Part shown: positions 13,392-27,101 of the stretch, piece after piece
Layout: each line of letters begins with the position of its first letter
How positions within the stretch are numbered: position 1 is the first letter of the stretch
DNA from: Octopus sinensis
Taxonomy: Eukaryota
Assembly: GCF_006345805.1 (NCBI RefSeq)
Contig: NC_043011.1
Coordinates: 34,360,464 to 34,424,463 of the forward strand
DNA length: 64,000 bases
Direction of reading: 5' to 3'
Made by a program: the position numbers and the translations under genes
Notes under the pieces: generated by a model
Database searches by the model: none
Seen by the model: only the letters and a program-made list of their open reading frames with translations
Told to the model about the DNA's origin: nothing

Positions 13392-13532
13392 TAAGGTTGT
13401 CCGAAAAGTTCGTAGAAAGTCTTGGAAAATAATGGTCGTTATTTTGAGGAATAATTTTTGTTGTTTTTGTTAGTACTTTGCGAGTAAAAATTCAATTTTC
13501 GCAAGTGTTTACGAACTTTTGGGACAACCTAA
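13392..13532. mobile_element. 141-bp mariner-derived MITE
   Basis: TIRs including the flanking TA are TATAAGGTTGTCCGAAAAGTTCGTA vs TATTAGGTTGTCCCAAAAGTTCGTA (23/25). Confidence 0.85.
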
Positions 13533-14507
13533 TATTTAGGCTGGCCCACATTGCGTGACGAGAACGAGGCCTGATTACTTTCTTTTCGATACGAGAGGTG
13601 TATATTCTAGAACTCTTATCTATGAAGAATACACTAAAGATAATTCCACTAAAGAGTTCTGCTAATGATAGTTAAATTTCCTCTGTTGTATATTCTGTTA
13701 ATGCACTATCATGATATAATCTAGTCGTAATTAGTTTTCGAATCTAATGATACACACTTAAAAACAAAGATTGACATTGAAGTCATAATATGTCTAGAAA
13801 TAACGTGATTGTATGTTTATATTTATATATGGTCTTGCGCGATAGCACACGCCATTTTAAATACAAACACCATATGCTCCTGTTTGGATTACATGTGCAG
13901 ATTATCCGACTAACTTAAACTGCAAGATTTCTATCTTTCATTTTATATTATGAAAGATTATATGTTGTATCATATTATTTTATATTATACTATACAACAT
14001 AACATTTCATTGTATTATATTTTATGATATGTGAAATTTCAGCGTAAGGAAGTCGGTGAGCTGATGGAATAGTTAACGCCTTCGAGACGTCTATCGTGAT
14101 TTGGCTGCTATTTCTTGTAGGCCAAGAGACCATATATAGATTTCTACGTTGGCTCTGGCTCGCCTTTGTTTAGTCGTTACAAAAATAGCGATATTGAAAG
14201 AATCTTAAACTCTCCTTTCTGTCAGCAAGTGTCTCTGCGTATGTGTTTGTAGGCTGATATTGGAGAGTAAGCTCGTTTATGTCTGCATGTGTGTGTTTCT
14301 TTCTCTGTCTTTCTCTTTGCTTTTGTCTCCACTCTCCTCTGTTAAATTTCAGTTGAAAACAGTCGCCTTGACTTATCTTTAATTTTAATTATAATACTTT
14401 GTAGGTGAAGTGAACGCCTATTTGATAAGATTTCACCTCCCGTTTAATCTTCTGTATTATTTATATAAATATTCCTATAGGGACGTACGTAGGCCACACA
14501 ATACACA

Positions 14508-14549
<42 letters not shown>

Positions 14550-15054
14550 AGTGTCCGTGTCTTTCAAAATTCGTCTATCACTCTGTTTTACGTATTTGGA
14601 ATTTAGAACGTAAATAACCAGAAGAAACGCCACTAAAGCATCCTGTCCGACGTAGTAATCATTTGGCCGGCTTGTCGCCTTAAAAAAAAGTAACAGAAGT
14701 AACAGCAAGCTATAGAGAGACGTACTTCATTAGAAAAGATAGTTTTGAGTAGAGAAGGAGATAGTCATCATGATATGATACTGGTGATCTGAAAATAGCT
14801 CCTCTGTAGGAGATGCACATCTTTGTCTTGAATGCAGTTTAGCTGCACCGATGTCAGCGTGGTCTACTTCCTTATTCTCGAGCAGCAGCGTAATTTGTAT
14901 GGAAGATCGTTGTCGATACTATGCTACTGAGCTATGTAAGTGTTTTGCTCATGTAGCTCATTAGCACATGCATAATCATTGAATGAGACCAATTACTGGA
15001 ACTTTGTCGAGGGCAAGAGATTTTCTTCTTCATTTTTATGTATGTGTTTAGATA

Positions 15055-15371
15055 GTGGAGGCGCAACGGCCCAGTGGTTAGGGCAGCGGACTCGCGGTCG
15101 GAGGATCGCGGTTTCGATTCCCAGACCGGGCGTTGTGTGTGTTTATTGAGCGAAAACACCTAAAGCTCCACGAGTCTCTGATAGGGGGTGATGGCGACCC
15201 CTGTTGTACTCTTTTCGCCCCAAGTTTCTCTCACTCTTTCTTCTGTTTCTTGAGTAACGCTGTGATGGACTGGCGTCCCGTCCAACTGGCGGGAATACAT
15301 ACACCATAGAAACCGAGAAACCGGGCCCATGAGCCTGGCTAGGCTTGAAAAGGGTGCATAAATAAAAAAAA
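15055..15371 (+). mobile_element. SINE head A with tail 2 (GATGGACTGGCGTCCCGTCC, V-domain-like)
   Basis: Same head as 1251 with a different 3' half, which is shared with 47621 and 33345. Ends in an A-rich tail. Confidence 0.85.
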
Positions 15372-15589
15372 TTATATATGTAAGTCTTATTCTGTTAATC
15401 GTTGTGTGTGTGTGCGCGAGTGTGAATATAACATTTACATTTACTAGTTCGGTCGTTTGACTGCGGGCACTGAAGCTTTAGCCGAATAAATCGCCCCTGC
15501 TACTAGATTTTTAAAATTCTCTTGTACTGAACCGCTATGTTACAGGGACACAAACAAACCAAACGTTGTGGAGAGACACGTACGCGCGC

Positions 15590-15930
15590 GCACACTCAAG
15601 ATATATTCCCGAAGCTCTGAGACTTTTTCAAGAGTGACATTTATTAATTTCAAAGAAGTACAAAACTCGAATCTTCTTCAAATTAGGATTCCTTGACTTC
15701 AATCCGCTGGTTGTAGTGCTCCACCCCATTTGTGAAAGGCCCCATGAAAGTCCTCTAAAATGAAAATGTCCAGGATCCTTGTCACAGTCTCTATCTTTTT
15801 CTTCAGCTTGGGAAACAAGCAAAAGTCGCAAGGAGCAAGGTTTGAACTGTAGTGAGGACGAGCTACAGTTTTGATATCCATCTCTGTCAAGTGGTTGGTT
15901 ACCAGGATGGAATTGTGGACTGTGTATTAT
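15590..15930 (-). mobile_element. Mariner transposase C-terminal remnant
   Basis: ORF 15699-15890 reads ARPHYSSNLAPCDFCLFPKLK...LEDFHGAFHKW, resembling the mariner PYSPDLAPxDF motif. Confidence 0.75.
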
Positions 15931-16034
15931 CCTGGTGCAGGCGCAGATACTTTGGCCTTTTGCGACAAAATCCCTCCTCCCTCAAAATGGAAAGACTTCC
16001 GCCCCCCCCCCCACATTTTCTGCTAAATTTGTTA

Positions 16035-16476
16035 ATTTAAATTTTTTTTTCTTTGCCAAGAACCCCCGTTTTCGGATACAGAGGTTCCGGAAATTTGCCA
16101 AAAATCGGCATTGTTAAATTTTTCCGCCACTCCCCACCACCCAATTCTTCAATTTTGACTTTTTTCCTCAATACTAACCCTAACCCTAAAGGTAACTACA
16201 GAAAAGTTCTGAAATTTTTGTCCGGTCCTTATTTTTCCGCATATTTAGAAAAAAAAAATTCTTTAAAAAAATTTTACAAAAATTTTTGGAAATTTTTTTC
16301 AGAATCTCAGTATTTTTCTGCATATTTTGAAAAAAGAATTTCTGAAAAAGGTAGAAAATGAAGGAAATGGGTAGAGGTGGGGATAATTTTAAAATGCCGA
16401 TTTTTGCCAATTTTTTTGCAGATTCGTATTCCCCATAGCCGAAAAGTGGGGTTTGTGTCGAAAAAAAAATTTTTTA
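16035..16476. mobile_element. Fold-back element with ~90-bp imperfect TIRs and internal CTAACCCTAACCCTAA
   Basis: The left arm AACCCCCGTTTTCGG...TTGCCAAAAATCGGCATTGTTAAA matches the reverse complement of TTTTAAAATGCCGATTTTTGCCAA...CCGAAAAGTGGGGTT. Confidence 0.7.
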
Positions 16477-18330
16477 AGGCTGCTCTTTTGGTGGGGACGG
16501 ACGGAAGTCTTGCCCTCAAAACTTCCACGAAGTACTCTTTGTTGACCTTTGGCCAAAAGGAACTCAGTGGATGTACCTGATGTCCTCGCTGTCGGAAAAA
16601 GGGCTCGTCACGAGCTTCGCAGTGGACTTGCTTTGCATAGCCTCTTGTGCCAACGGAAAACACGTACTCGGCTCATAAACAAGCTACTTACCACACAACC
16701 ACTCCTACGCCATAAAAATGTGCCCCAGATACATACATCTTTTATCTTTTACTTGTGTAAGTCATTAGACTGCAGCCATGTTGGGGGTACCGCCTTGAAT
16801 AATTTTTAGCTGAATTTATCGACCCCCAATATTTATTTTTTAAAATCCTGGTACTTATTCTATCGGTTCCACTTTTGCCGAACCGCTCCGTTACGGGGAC
16901 GTAAACACACGAGTATCGGTTGTGAAGCGGTGGTGGAGAGACATAAATTGATATATATATATATATATATATGAAAACACGCTTTGCAACCGTGTGGTTT
17001 CATGTTCAGTCCCACTGCACGGCATCCAAGCAACTGTCTTCTATAACAGACCAAGACGGAAATTGTGTTGAAATCTTTGGTGTGTGTGTGTGTATATATA
17101 CGTCTTGTGTTTGCTCCTCTTCCAGTGTTGGTTTGTTTACGTCCTCGTAACTTGGCGGTTTGGCCAAAGAGACCGACAGAATAAGTACCAGATTTAAGAA
17201 ATACGTACTCGGGTTGATTTGTTCGACTAAAACCCTTCATGGCAGTGTCCCACTATGGCCACAGTACAAAGACTGGAACAAGAAAAGAAAAAAGAAAGAA
17301 AAGAGTCCGATCCTTCGATATTGGTCTAGAAAATGTCGGTGTTAGAAGGCAATGCCATTCACCCTCTTTTTCAGTCTACTCCTTCTATATCAGGAGGGAT
17401 GTTTGTGAGGGTCAATGGCATCATGTACCAATACTGAAACATTGCAAAATAAATAAATAGACAAATAAATAATTAAAAAAAAACATGTCAACGTTGACAA
17501 AGAGATGAAATATAATCGTCCATATGTATTATTCATAGCTAAAAACAAAAGCGAAAACATGCAATTTCATGAAGATTTCCATTCCTTCCGGTCAAAACAT
17601 TTCCGGGAAGGAAGGAAAAGCGGAAGTTCAGAAATCTATTAAAGGATAGTTTGTGTATATGGTAGTGGTGGTGGTGGTGGTGGTAGGCATGATTTGGGTT
17701 TATGAGATTAAAAGCATTATCGGTAATAAAAATAGCTGGTGCATTGATTATCAGAAATGAACCCCACAAAGGGTATAACAAGCAAAACAAAACTCTCTGC
17801 TAAGCATAATAAGTTAACCGCTCGCACTGAAATTTCTCTCGAATCATACCATGCAGTTTTTTTTTTTTTTAATGTCACACAATATAGTTACCTCCCGATC
17901 AATAATGGTTTCAAATTTTAGCACAAGGCCAGCAATTTCGGGACAGGAGATAAGCTGATTACATCAATCCCAGTGCTCAACTGGTACTCATTTTTATTGA
18001 CTCTGAAAGGATGAATGGCAAAGTCGACCTCTGAAGAATTTCAGCACAGAACGTAAGATCGGACGAAATGTCACTAAGCATTTTTTCTCGGCGTGCTAAC
18101 GATTCTACCCGATCAATAATGGTTTCAAATTTTGGCACAAGGCCAGCAATTTTGAGGCAGGGGATAAGTCGATTAGGCATAACTACAAATGTGTACCCCT
18201 CCTCCGACTTTATTGCCTCATAACTTCCAGAAAAATGGATACTTTTTAAGGAAATTTTCAACAAATATCGTTTAGATCCTGTAGATTGAGTCTATGTAGA
18301 GACTCGTTACAAAAAGTTTTCTCGAGGAGT

Positions 18331-18731
18331 TACTCTTTTACTCTTTTATCCATTTACTTGTTTCAGTCATTTGACTGCGGCCATGCTGGAGCACCGTCTT
18401 TAGTCGAGCAAATCGACCCCAGGCTTATTCTTTATAAGCCTAGTACTTATTCTGTCGGTTTTCTTTTGCCGAACCGCTAAGTCACGGGGCCGTAAACAGA
18501 CCAGCATCGGTTGTCAAGCGATGTTGGAGGGACAAACACAGACAAACATGCACACATACACACACACACATATACGACGGGCTTCTTTCAGTTTCCGTCT
18601 ACCATATCCACTCACAAGGCTTTAGTCGGCCCGAGGCTATAGTAGAAGACACTTGCCTAAGGTGCCACGCAGCGAGAATGAACCCGGAACCATGCGGCCG
18701 GTAAGCAAGCTACTTACCACACAGCCACTCC
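18331..18731 (-). mobile_element. SINE family B
   Basis: Co-linear with 398-819. Confidence 0.9.
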
Positions 18732-18873
18732 AGGGAGAGGAGTTTCATAACTTTCAGGAAAATGGGTATCTGTTAATGAAATTTTATACAAATACCTTTC
18801 AAACGGTATAGATTACGATTGCAAAGAAATTTGTTGGCAAAAGTTTTTGCAAGACGGCGGGGGTGGGGGAAGT

Positions 18874-19287
18874 GGATCCTTTCGGTTTGAACGGCAGTTT
18901 TTACTAGCGGTGTCATATGAAATTGTCACCCATAGTTATGACCCTAGTATCGATCTATTGCATTTCAATCTCTTTTAGGGTTAGGGGTGGGGGTAGGGTA
19001 TCTTTTTTTCTTCACAAAATGTAAATAAACCCAATCTGTTTCTTAAACGAGGGACATATTCATACGGCACAGAATGTTTTTTTTACCTCAATAGACGTCA
19101 GTGATTGGTTGAAATTGCAGAAATTGAAGAAAAAACAACAACAAATGCCTTACAAACTATAGAATGTTCTCAATAAAGCCAAGAAAAAAAGATGTTTTAC
19201 AAACACATTCTACCAGTATACGAAGTTTCAACTTTTTTAGTTACCTAGAAATTATGTTAAAAACTGCCGTTCAAACCGAAAAGATCC
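18874..19287. mobile_element. GG-terminal MITE, 28-bp TIR, 8-bp TSD (copy 1; Merlin-like)
   Basis: TIR GGATC(C/T)TTTCGGTTTGAACGGCAGTTTT. Flanks are GGGGAAGT and GGGGATGT. Confidence 0.9.
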
Positions 19288-19947
19288 GGGGATGTTTCTA
19301 AAGAATGGAGTTTCGGATCAGACGGCCCGGAATTTCTCCGTTTTGACGGGGATTTATTCCAATGTTTTTTTGTTTTATTTGTTTTTCACCACAGCCTTCG
19401 AGATGATGGGAGACATCTTTTTATAACAAAAAACAAAAAAGAAAAAATTGAAAATTTATGATTTTTTTCACTCCCCAATCCGGACAGATTTTTGGCCAAT
19501 TATTGTTATTAAAATTTTTATTGTACTACACACTGAAAATACTTGGGAGAAACGTTTTCGGTAAAACAAAAATCTTTTCAGAGGAATAAGTGTGATTTAA
19601 GGGAGATTTTGGCTGTTGTTTCTAGCACATTCCAAGACCCCCCTCCTTGTTTCTGTCTCAGATTTGTATTGATGATTTTCAATATTTCACCCCATAAACA
19701 TATTTATGCTATATAAAAAAGAAAAATTTGATTTTTTTTTTTAGATCCGCTTCCTGCATCCGATTGCTTCTATTTATCATTCTAAAATATTGGAGAGCCT
19801 GAGAATGTTATTGCTGGGATTTATCCAGATGGATTTTAATAAGAGGTATGTAAAAGATGATTTATTTTCATAGCAAAATTTTCTTTCAGAAAAATGTTCT
19901 CTCTCTCTCTCTTACAGACACACACACACACACACATACACAAACAT

Positions 19948-20003
<56 letters not shown>

Positions 20004-20578
20004 CCTCATTACCATATTTTTTTGTTTGTTTTGTTTTTTCCGCGTGTGTTACTTTCAGCATTATTATTCCATAAAATGTGTTTATGGGGAGAGAATATTG
20101 AAAAGCATCAATAGTTGTGAGACTGAGAAAGAAATAACGAGTGACTTCTGGTGGTGTGCTAGAAATAACAGCCAGATTTATTATATGTGTTATAATAAGG
20201 GCTTAGAAAAAATTTCTCGCCTATATGCTAAGAAATAGACGCTAAATCGTCCCACCACTCAAAGAAGTCACACGCACGTGTTTAAGTCCTGGTGTAGATT
20301 TCTTCGACTAAGGGTGGTGCTCCAGCATGGCCGCAGTCTTTTTACTGAAACTAGTAAAAGCTAAAAGGCAAAAAGATTGTATTCAATTATGAAAATATCA
20401 GAATTTGGCGAAAGTAAAGAATACGTACACCCGGTGTTTAGGGTTAGGGTTTTTGTTACGCCGAAAACGGGTGGTGTACGTATTCTTTACCTCCACCAAG
20501 AATTTTTTAAGCATCGAATGCCTATGAGGATCCATGTGAGTAAAATAGGAACCAAAGAGGTTCATAGGTAGAAAATGG

Positions 20579-20997
20579 GGATCTTTTCGGTTTGACCGGC
20601 AGGTTTTAAAAATAATTTCCACGTAACTAAACACTTTTAAACTTCGTTTACTGGTAGAATGTGTTTATAAAACATCTTTTTCTCTTGGCTTTATTGAGAA
20701 AATTCTATAGTTTGTAAGATATTTGTTGTTGTTTTTTCTTCAATTTCTGCAATTTCAACCAATCACTGACGTCTATTGAAATGAAAACATTCTGTGCCGT
20801 ATGAATATGTCCCTCGTTTAAGAAACAGATTGGGTTTATTTACATTTCTGAAGAAAAAAAGATACCCTTCCCCCCCACCCCTAACCCTAACTCTAAAACA
20901 GATTGAAATGCAATAGATCGACACTAGGGTCATAATTATGGGTGACTATTTCATATGACACCGCTAGAAAAAACTGCCGGTCAAACCGAAAAGATCC
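20579..20997. mobile_element. GG-terminal MITE (copy 2, opposite orientation to copy 1)
   Basis: Same TIRs. Perfect 8-bp TSD GAAAATGG at 20571-78 and 20998-21005. Confidence 0.92.
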
Positions 20998-22089
20998 GAA
21001 AATGGTTGTAACCACTGATCTACGTAGAATCGATTTTGTAAGAAGACAAAAAAAAAACTGTAAACAAAAGAACACGCTGTAAATTCCATTCTTTAAATTC
21101 ACCAAAACTATTGTGCTTATCTTGGAGGAAAGGAAGCGTTTTGTGTCCTTAATTGGGATTATATGAAGAGGAGCGGACAGGAATTTCAGTGGCGACAACA
21201 ATAATTTGGAGGTTTACTAATTCGTATAATTGCCGACAAAGGGGAAATAAAAAAAAATACATATTTGTGCACAGACACGCACTTCCACACACACATACGT
21301 ATGTGTGTGTAGGTGTGTGTGTGTGTGGTGTGTGTGTGTGTGTGTGTGTGTGCGTGTGCGTGCGTGCGTGCGCGAATGTTTACAGTGGATTGATAGGAAT
21401 CTGCCGACAAACAGCAATTATTGCAATAATGACACTCCCTAACTTCTGAATATAATAACATAATATACAGTAAAAATGTTATAAGAAACACAAAGCAGAA
21501 TAGTTCTTCTCCTCCTCCTCCACACACACACACACAACCATCGCCACCACTAAAGCAACCACCTCCATTACAACCTGTCGCCTACATGGACATTAAACAA
21601 CACAGCTTCTGTGAGTAAAACCGACTTAACACACAACCCGTCGATACTATGTAGTATCACCGCTGTCACCACCACCACCACTTAGCAGTGGCACCTTTAG
21701 GTAGTAGTTCGACCTGCTTGTTAGAAACAGAAGTTAAAATTTCCTGAAATCACACTTAAAATGAATCACATTATAAAATGTGGTCCTTTTTCTGCATGCA
21801 TGTGAAGTACGTTTCTGTCAGTCCGTTTTGCCAACTCACATCGTGCGTAACATAGTTTCATTTGGTTATATTTTTATTACCGTTCAATTTTCGCTACTTT
21901 TTACTTTGCATTGATCTTTATCGATCGCACCTCTTCCAGCAAGTCAGAAGACGGCTAATGCAGTAACTCTTGTGAAACCAGCTGAAGCTTTGATCATTCA
22001 TTGTTTTCACATTAGGCTACTGAGAGAGCACTAGGTGCTACTTTAGCGCGCAGTTTATTAGTCTACGCTGTGAAATGACCTGATCTGCG

Positions 22090-22199
22090 TTGGGTTTAGG
22101 GTTAAGGTTAGAGTTTAAGTTTAGGGTTAAGGTTTAAGTTTAGATTTAAGGTTAGAATTTAGAGCTTAAGGTTAGTTTAGGTTAGGGTCAGGGTTAGAC
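22090..22199 (+). repeat. Degenerate interstitial TTAGGG-like array
   Basis: About 17 hexamer variants, such as TTAGGG, TTAAGG, TTAGAG and TCAGGG. Confidence 0.75.
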
Positions 22200-23109
22200 T
22201 GCACACTAAAATACAAGTGGCCAGGTAAACCGCACGTTGAAGTGACAGCGAACGGTAACCTTCAACAGGTAGTGTCTAAATTGGAACTGGAAGCTGTCCG
22301 GCCTTATATTTCGGCTGATTGCAGCCAAAACATCTGAGTACTCACTACTCACTTTTCTCTTTGCACAGAATTCAGGCAGAGCAGAATCGGCCGTTGTCAA
22401 CTCCCATCTGAGCTAATCTTGACTAAACGAGACATTAATTTGCCGTATCTCATACGTTCATTTTTCTTTCATCAATCGTAACATTATTTACCAATCTCGG
22501 ATAGTCTGCGAAGATAGATCATGGACACTTTCCTCATCCTCCTGATTAAATTATGGAGGGGAAAAAAAATGAACTACTTAATGAGACAAACAAACATCGT
22601 TATCTATTTGGCATATCACTGATGATGTCCCAATGTCCGGTCAATTAAGCTGATTAATCTGTCTAAATGAGAAAGGGTGTGTCATTTCTTGGCACATTTA
22701 TTTATTTAACTAATTGATCCTATATATGATAAAGGCTGAGTTAAAATGAGTAATTGTTATCATTATGAAAGTATTAAGCTGTTTTCATCGTGACTTCAAG
22801 ACCCCTTCCTCACAACCACCGCCACCATGGACAGTGCCCACATCCTTTTTATTTCCTTTTTTTGTTTCTTTTTCTTTATTCCATTTCACCCCACCCTTCT
22901 TCTTTCTCCCAACCCTATTCCAAATCATTGTCGTATTTTTTTTTACTCCCTCCTCTTTTTTGGTGTCGTCTCTTCCTAAGCAATAATTATAAAGATAATG
23001 AGCTGTAGCGTTTTGTAATAACGTTAATGGACGGCGATGATGATGATAATGACGACAATAATGATAGTGATGACAACAACGGAAAATGTAATGACTCTAG
23101 TGGTGTCGG

Positions 23110-23810
23110 TCATGGTTGCGGTGTTGGTGACGGTGGTGGTGGTGGTGGTTGTGATGGTGGTGGTGGTGGTGGTTTGGTGATTGTGATGGTGGTGGTGGTT
23201 GTGATGGTGGTGGTGGTGGTTGTGATGGTGGTTTGGTGATTGTGATGATGGTGGTGGTTGTGATGGTGGTTTGGTGATTGTGATGATGGTGGTGGTTGTG
23301 ATGGTGGTGGTGGTTTGGTGATTGTGATGATGGTGGTGGTTGTGATGGTGGTGGTGGTTGTGATGGTGGTGGTGGTGGTGGTGGTAGTGGTTTGGTGATT
23401 GTGATGGTGGTGGTGGTTGTGATGGTGGTGGTGGTTGTGATGGTGGTTTGGTGATTGTGATGATGGTGGTGGTTGTGATGGTGGTTTGGTGATTGTGATG
23501 ATGGTGGTGGTTTGGTGATTGTGATGGTGGTGGTGGTTGTGATGGTGGTTTGGTGATTGTGATGATGGTGGTGGTGGTTGTGATGGTGGTTTGGTGATTG
23601 TGATGATGGTGGTGGTTTGGTGATTGTGATGGTGGTAGTGGTTGTGATGGTGGTTTGGTGATTGTGATGATGGTGGTGGTTGTGATGGTGGTTTGGTGGT
23701 TGTGATGGTGGTAGTGGTTGTGATGGTGGTGGTAGTGGTTGTGATGGTGGTGGTGGTTGTGATGGTGGTGGTGGTTGTGTGGTGGTGGTAGTTGTGATGG
23801 TGGTGTAACA
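23110..23810. repeat. GGT/GAT-based minisatellite
   Basis: Repeated units such as GTGATGGTGGTGGTGGTT and GGTTTGGTGATTGTGATGATGGT. Confidence 0.95.
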
Positions 23811-24109
23811 TCGATTGTTGTTGTTAATTGTTATTTTATTGATATTGTCCCATGGTCAGCAACTGTGGTCAAAGAGATTCAAGCCGTGACCATCCAACCT
23901 TATTATTTTATTTATTTATTTTTTTGTGCTAAACAAGGACTACACAGCCCTTCCTTTCCTTAGTCTGATGAAGATTTGGTTGCTAATTCTAACAAATGAT
24001 TAGGTGGTGCTTGTGGTGGTGATGGCAGCGGTTATAATTATGTGAAGGCTAATTACTAACAATGCTACTATCTCAAACTGTTACGAGTTCAAATATCACT
24101 GGAATCTAA

Positions 24110-24638
24110 TATCACCACTCCCACCAGCACCAGCACCACCGCCATCGTCGTCGCTGCTGCTGCTACTACTACTACTACTACCATCACAACTACCACCATC
24201 ACTACTACTGCTACTACAACCACTTCTACCATGCCACCATCACCACTACTAATGCTGCAACTACAACCACTTCTACCATGCCACCACCACCACTACTGCT
24301 ACAACCACTTCTACCATGCCACCACCACCACCACCACCACTACTGCTATTACAACCACTTCTACCATGCTACCACCACCACTACTACTACTACAACCATG
24401 TCTACCATGCAACCACCAACACTACCACAACCACTTCTACCATGCCACCACCACCACTACTACTACTATAACCACTTCTGTGCCACCACCACTACTACTA
24501 CTACAACCATGTCTACCATGCAACCACCAACACTACCACAACCACTTCTACCATGCCACCACCACCACTACTACTACTATAACCACTTCTGTACCACCAC
24601 CACTACTACTACTACAACCACTTCTATGACACCACCAT

Positions 24639-24678
<40 letters not shown>

Positions 24679-24710
24679 GCTACTACTGCTGCTGCTACTG
24701 CTGCTGCTTT
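24110..24710. repeat. CAC/CTA-based minisatellite with a ~90-bp higher-order unit
   Basis: The unit ACCACTTCTACCATGCCACCACC...CATGTCTACCATGCAACCACCAACAC repeats. Confidence 0.9.
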
Positions 24711-25136
24711 CTGGTGTTCAAGTATTCCTGTGGATCTAGATAGGATTTCAGTCATTTGGGATTCATAAGCTGCTCTCAGTATTATTGATTGTAGATTTTA
24801 AATGACTTCTGTTCAGTCTTGTAATAAACACTGCGACAATGGATGATGGTACGATGATGATGATAATGGTAGTGGTGATGGTTTTAGTGATTGTGGTGGT
24901 ATTGGTGATTATGATGAGGATTTTTGATGAAGAGGATAGTAATGATAATGATGATGATTTTGGTGAAGAGGATGGTGATAATGATGATGATGATGGTGGT
25001 GGTGATAATAGTGATGGGAGAGGACTTGTTGTTTAGTCTCATGTCAATCCCGACTGAGCTGACCCATGATCAAAGCCATGGTTATTTGTCTTTGCGAGTG
25101 TACACAGGATCTCAAACCTCTTTCAACTAGTCTCTT

Positions 25137-25690
25137 AGCGAGCTGGCAGAAACGTTAGCACGCCGGGCGAAATGCTTAGCGGCATTTCGTCTGCCGCTAC
25201 GTTCTGAGTTCCAGTTCCGCCGAAGTCGACTTAAGCCGTTTGTCTGTCTTTGTTTGTCCCCTCTGTGTTTAGCCCCTTGTGGGTAGTAAAGAAATAGGTC
25301 TTTCATGTCTTTACATTCTGAGTTCAAACTCCGCCGTGGTCGACTTTGCCTTTCATCCTTTCGGGGTCGATAAATTAAGTACCAGTTACGTACTGAGGTC
25401 GATCTAATCGACTGGCCTCTTCCCCAAAGGTTACGGGCCTTGTGCCTAGAGTAGAAAAGAATCGTTAGCATGCTGGACAAAGTGCTTAGCGGCATTTCAC
25501 CCGTCTTTACGTTATGAGTTCCAATTCCGCCGAGGTCGACTTTGCCTTTCATCCTTTCGGGGTCGATAAAATAAGTACCAGTCAAATACCGGGGTCGATA
25601 AAATAAGTACCAGTCAAATACTGGGGTCGATGTGATCTACTCTACTCTTCTTCACAAATTTCAGGACTTATGCCTATAACATAAAAGATT
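25137..25690 (+). mobile_element. Family C SINE dimer followed by a further copy with a ~30-bp internal duplication
   Basis: One head, then the junction AAAGAAATAGGTCTTTC at ~25288. GGGGTCGATAAAATAAGTACCAGTCAAATAC is duplicated near 25557-25620. Confidence 0.8.
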
Positions 25691-25932
25691 ATAGGTCTTG
25701 TGCCTATAATAGAAACGATCATTATTATTATGAAAGTGATGATCTGTTAGCATGCTGGATAAAATGCTTAGCGGCGTTTTTCTATCCCTTTACAGTCTGG
25801 GTTCAAATTCCACCGAGGTCGATTTTTGTCTTTCATCCTTTCGGGTGTTGATAAAATAAATACCAGTTGAACACTGGGGTCGACTAGTCCCCACCTCCAA
25901 AATTTCAGGCCTTATGCCTTTTGTAGAAAAGA

Positions 25933-26301
25933 TTATTACCTCCACCATAGCGAAGGCGGAGGTGTTGTTTTCAGTCGTGTTTGTTTGTTCGTCTGTGAAC
26001 AAGATATCTCAAGAACCGCTGGATGGATTCGAATGAAACTTTTAGGGATGCTTGGCCTCGTGATTGGCACGAACTGGTTAGATTTTGGGATCGATCTGGT
26101 ACCGGACAAGGATTCTGGATTATTTTTCCTGTTTTTGTACTTAATTTTTGAGAGCGTTCAGGTTCATTTTTAGTATTCTCGTTTTTGAGAGAAATCCAGT
26201 TTATTTCAGATCTCCTCATTTCAAAAATCATCTCTGGCTAATCGTTGAGAGGACGTTGGTGTTGCCTTGGCGGAGGTTTGTGCTCTCTGAGTGCTCTTGT
26301 T
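25933..26301 (+). mobile_element. Non-autonomous Helentron (HINE/DINE-1-like)
   Basis: 5' TTATTACCTCCACC..GGCGGAGGT palindrome, GTTTGTTTGTTCGTCTGT tract, 3' subterminal inverted repeat CTTGGCGGAGGT, terminal GTGCTCTCTGAGTGC stem, and T-rich flanks. Confidence 0.75.
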
Positions 26302-27027
26302 ATTAATATTAAGGTAGCTGTTTAGAATCGGACAAAATGCGAAACGGTATTTCTTCCCGTTCTGAGGTCGGGTCTGTCTTTCATCCTTTCGGAGTTGATG
26401 AATCGACTAGCAGTGAAATACTTGGGCTCGATGAAAGCACTGGGGTCCATCTAAAAGTTAATTACCAGCGTAATGTTCTTGAATATGAATGCGGCCCATC
26501 GTGCCGCGCATGCAGAAACCTCCAGAGACAATCGATCGCATAATCTCGGGATGCAGCCGACTTGCAACAACAGTGTATTCACAAAGACTATGACAGGACA
26601 GCACAGTACATGCATTGGTCAATATATACCACACATACAACCTCCCTCAATTCGCACGCCGGGCGAAATTCCGCCGAGGTTGACTGTACATTTCATCTTT
26701 TCGGAGTCGATAAATGAAGTACCGGTGAAACTCTGGGGTGGTCCTCCCCTAGAATTTCAGGCCTTGTGCCTTTAGTAGAAAGGATCATTATTGCTATAAT
26801 TATTATCATCATAGGCAGCGAGCTGGCAGAATTGTTAGCACGCCGGGCAAAATGCTTAACCGGATTTTGTGTTTCTTTGCTATGTTCTTAGTTCAAATTT
26901 CTCCGAGGTCGACTTTGCCTTTCATCTTTCCGGGGTTGATAAAATAAGTACCAGTTGAGTACTGGGTCGATTTAATCGACTTAATCTCTCACCAGAAGCT
27001 GCTTGCCTTGTACCAAAATTTGAAAAC

Positions 27028-27100
<73 letters not shown>

Positions 27101-27101
<1 letters not shown>

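Noticed and set aside
16480-16665. GC-rich coding-like fragment next to the fold-back element
   Set aside because: No frame gives a motif I can identify with confidence, so it is left unannotated.
26473-26775. 100-aa ORF in a GC-richer patch
   Set aside because: No recognisable motif, and its 3' half runs into a family C SINE.
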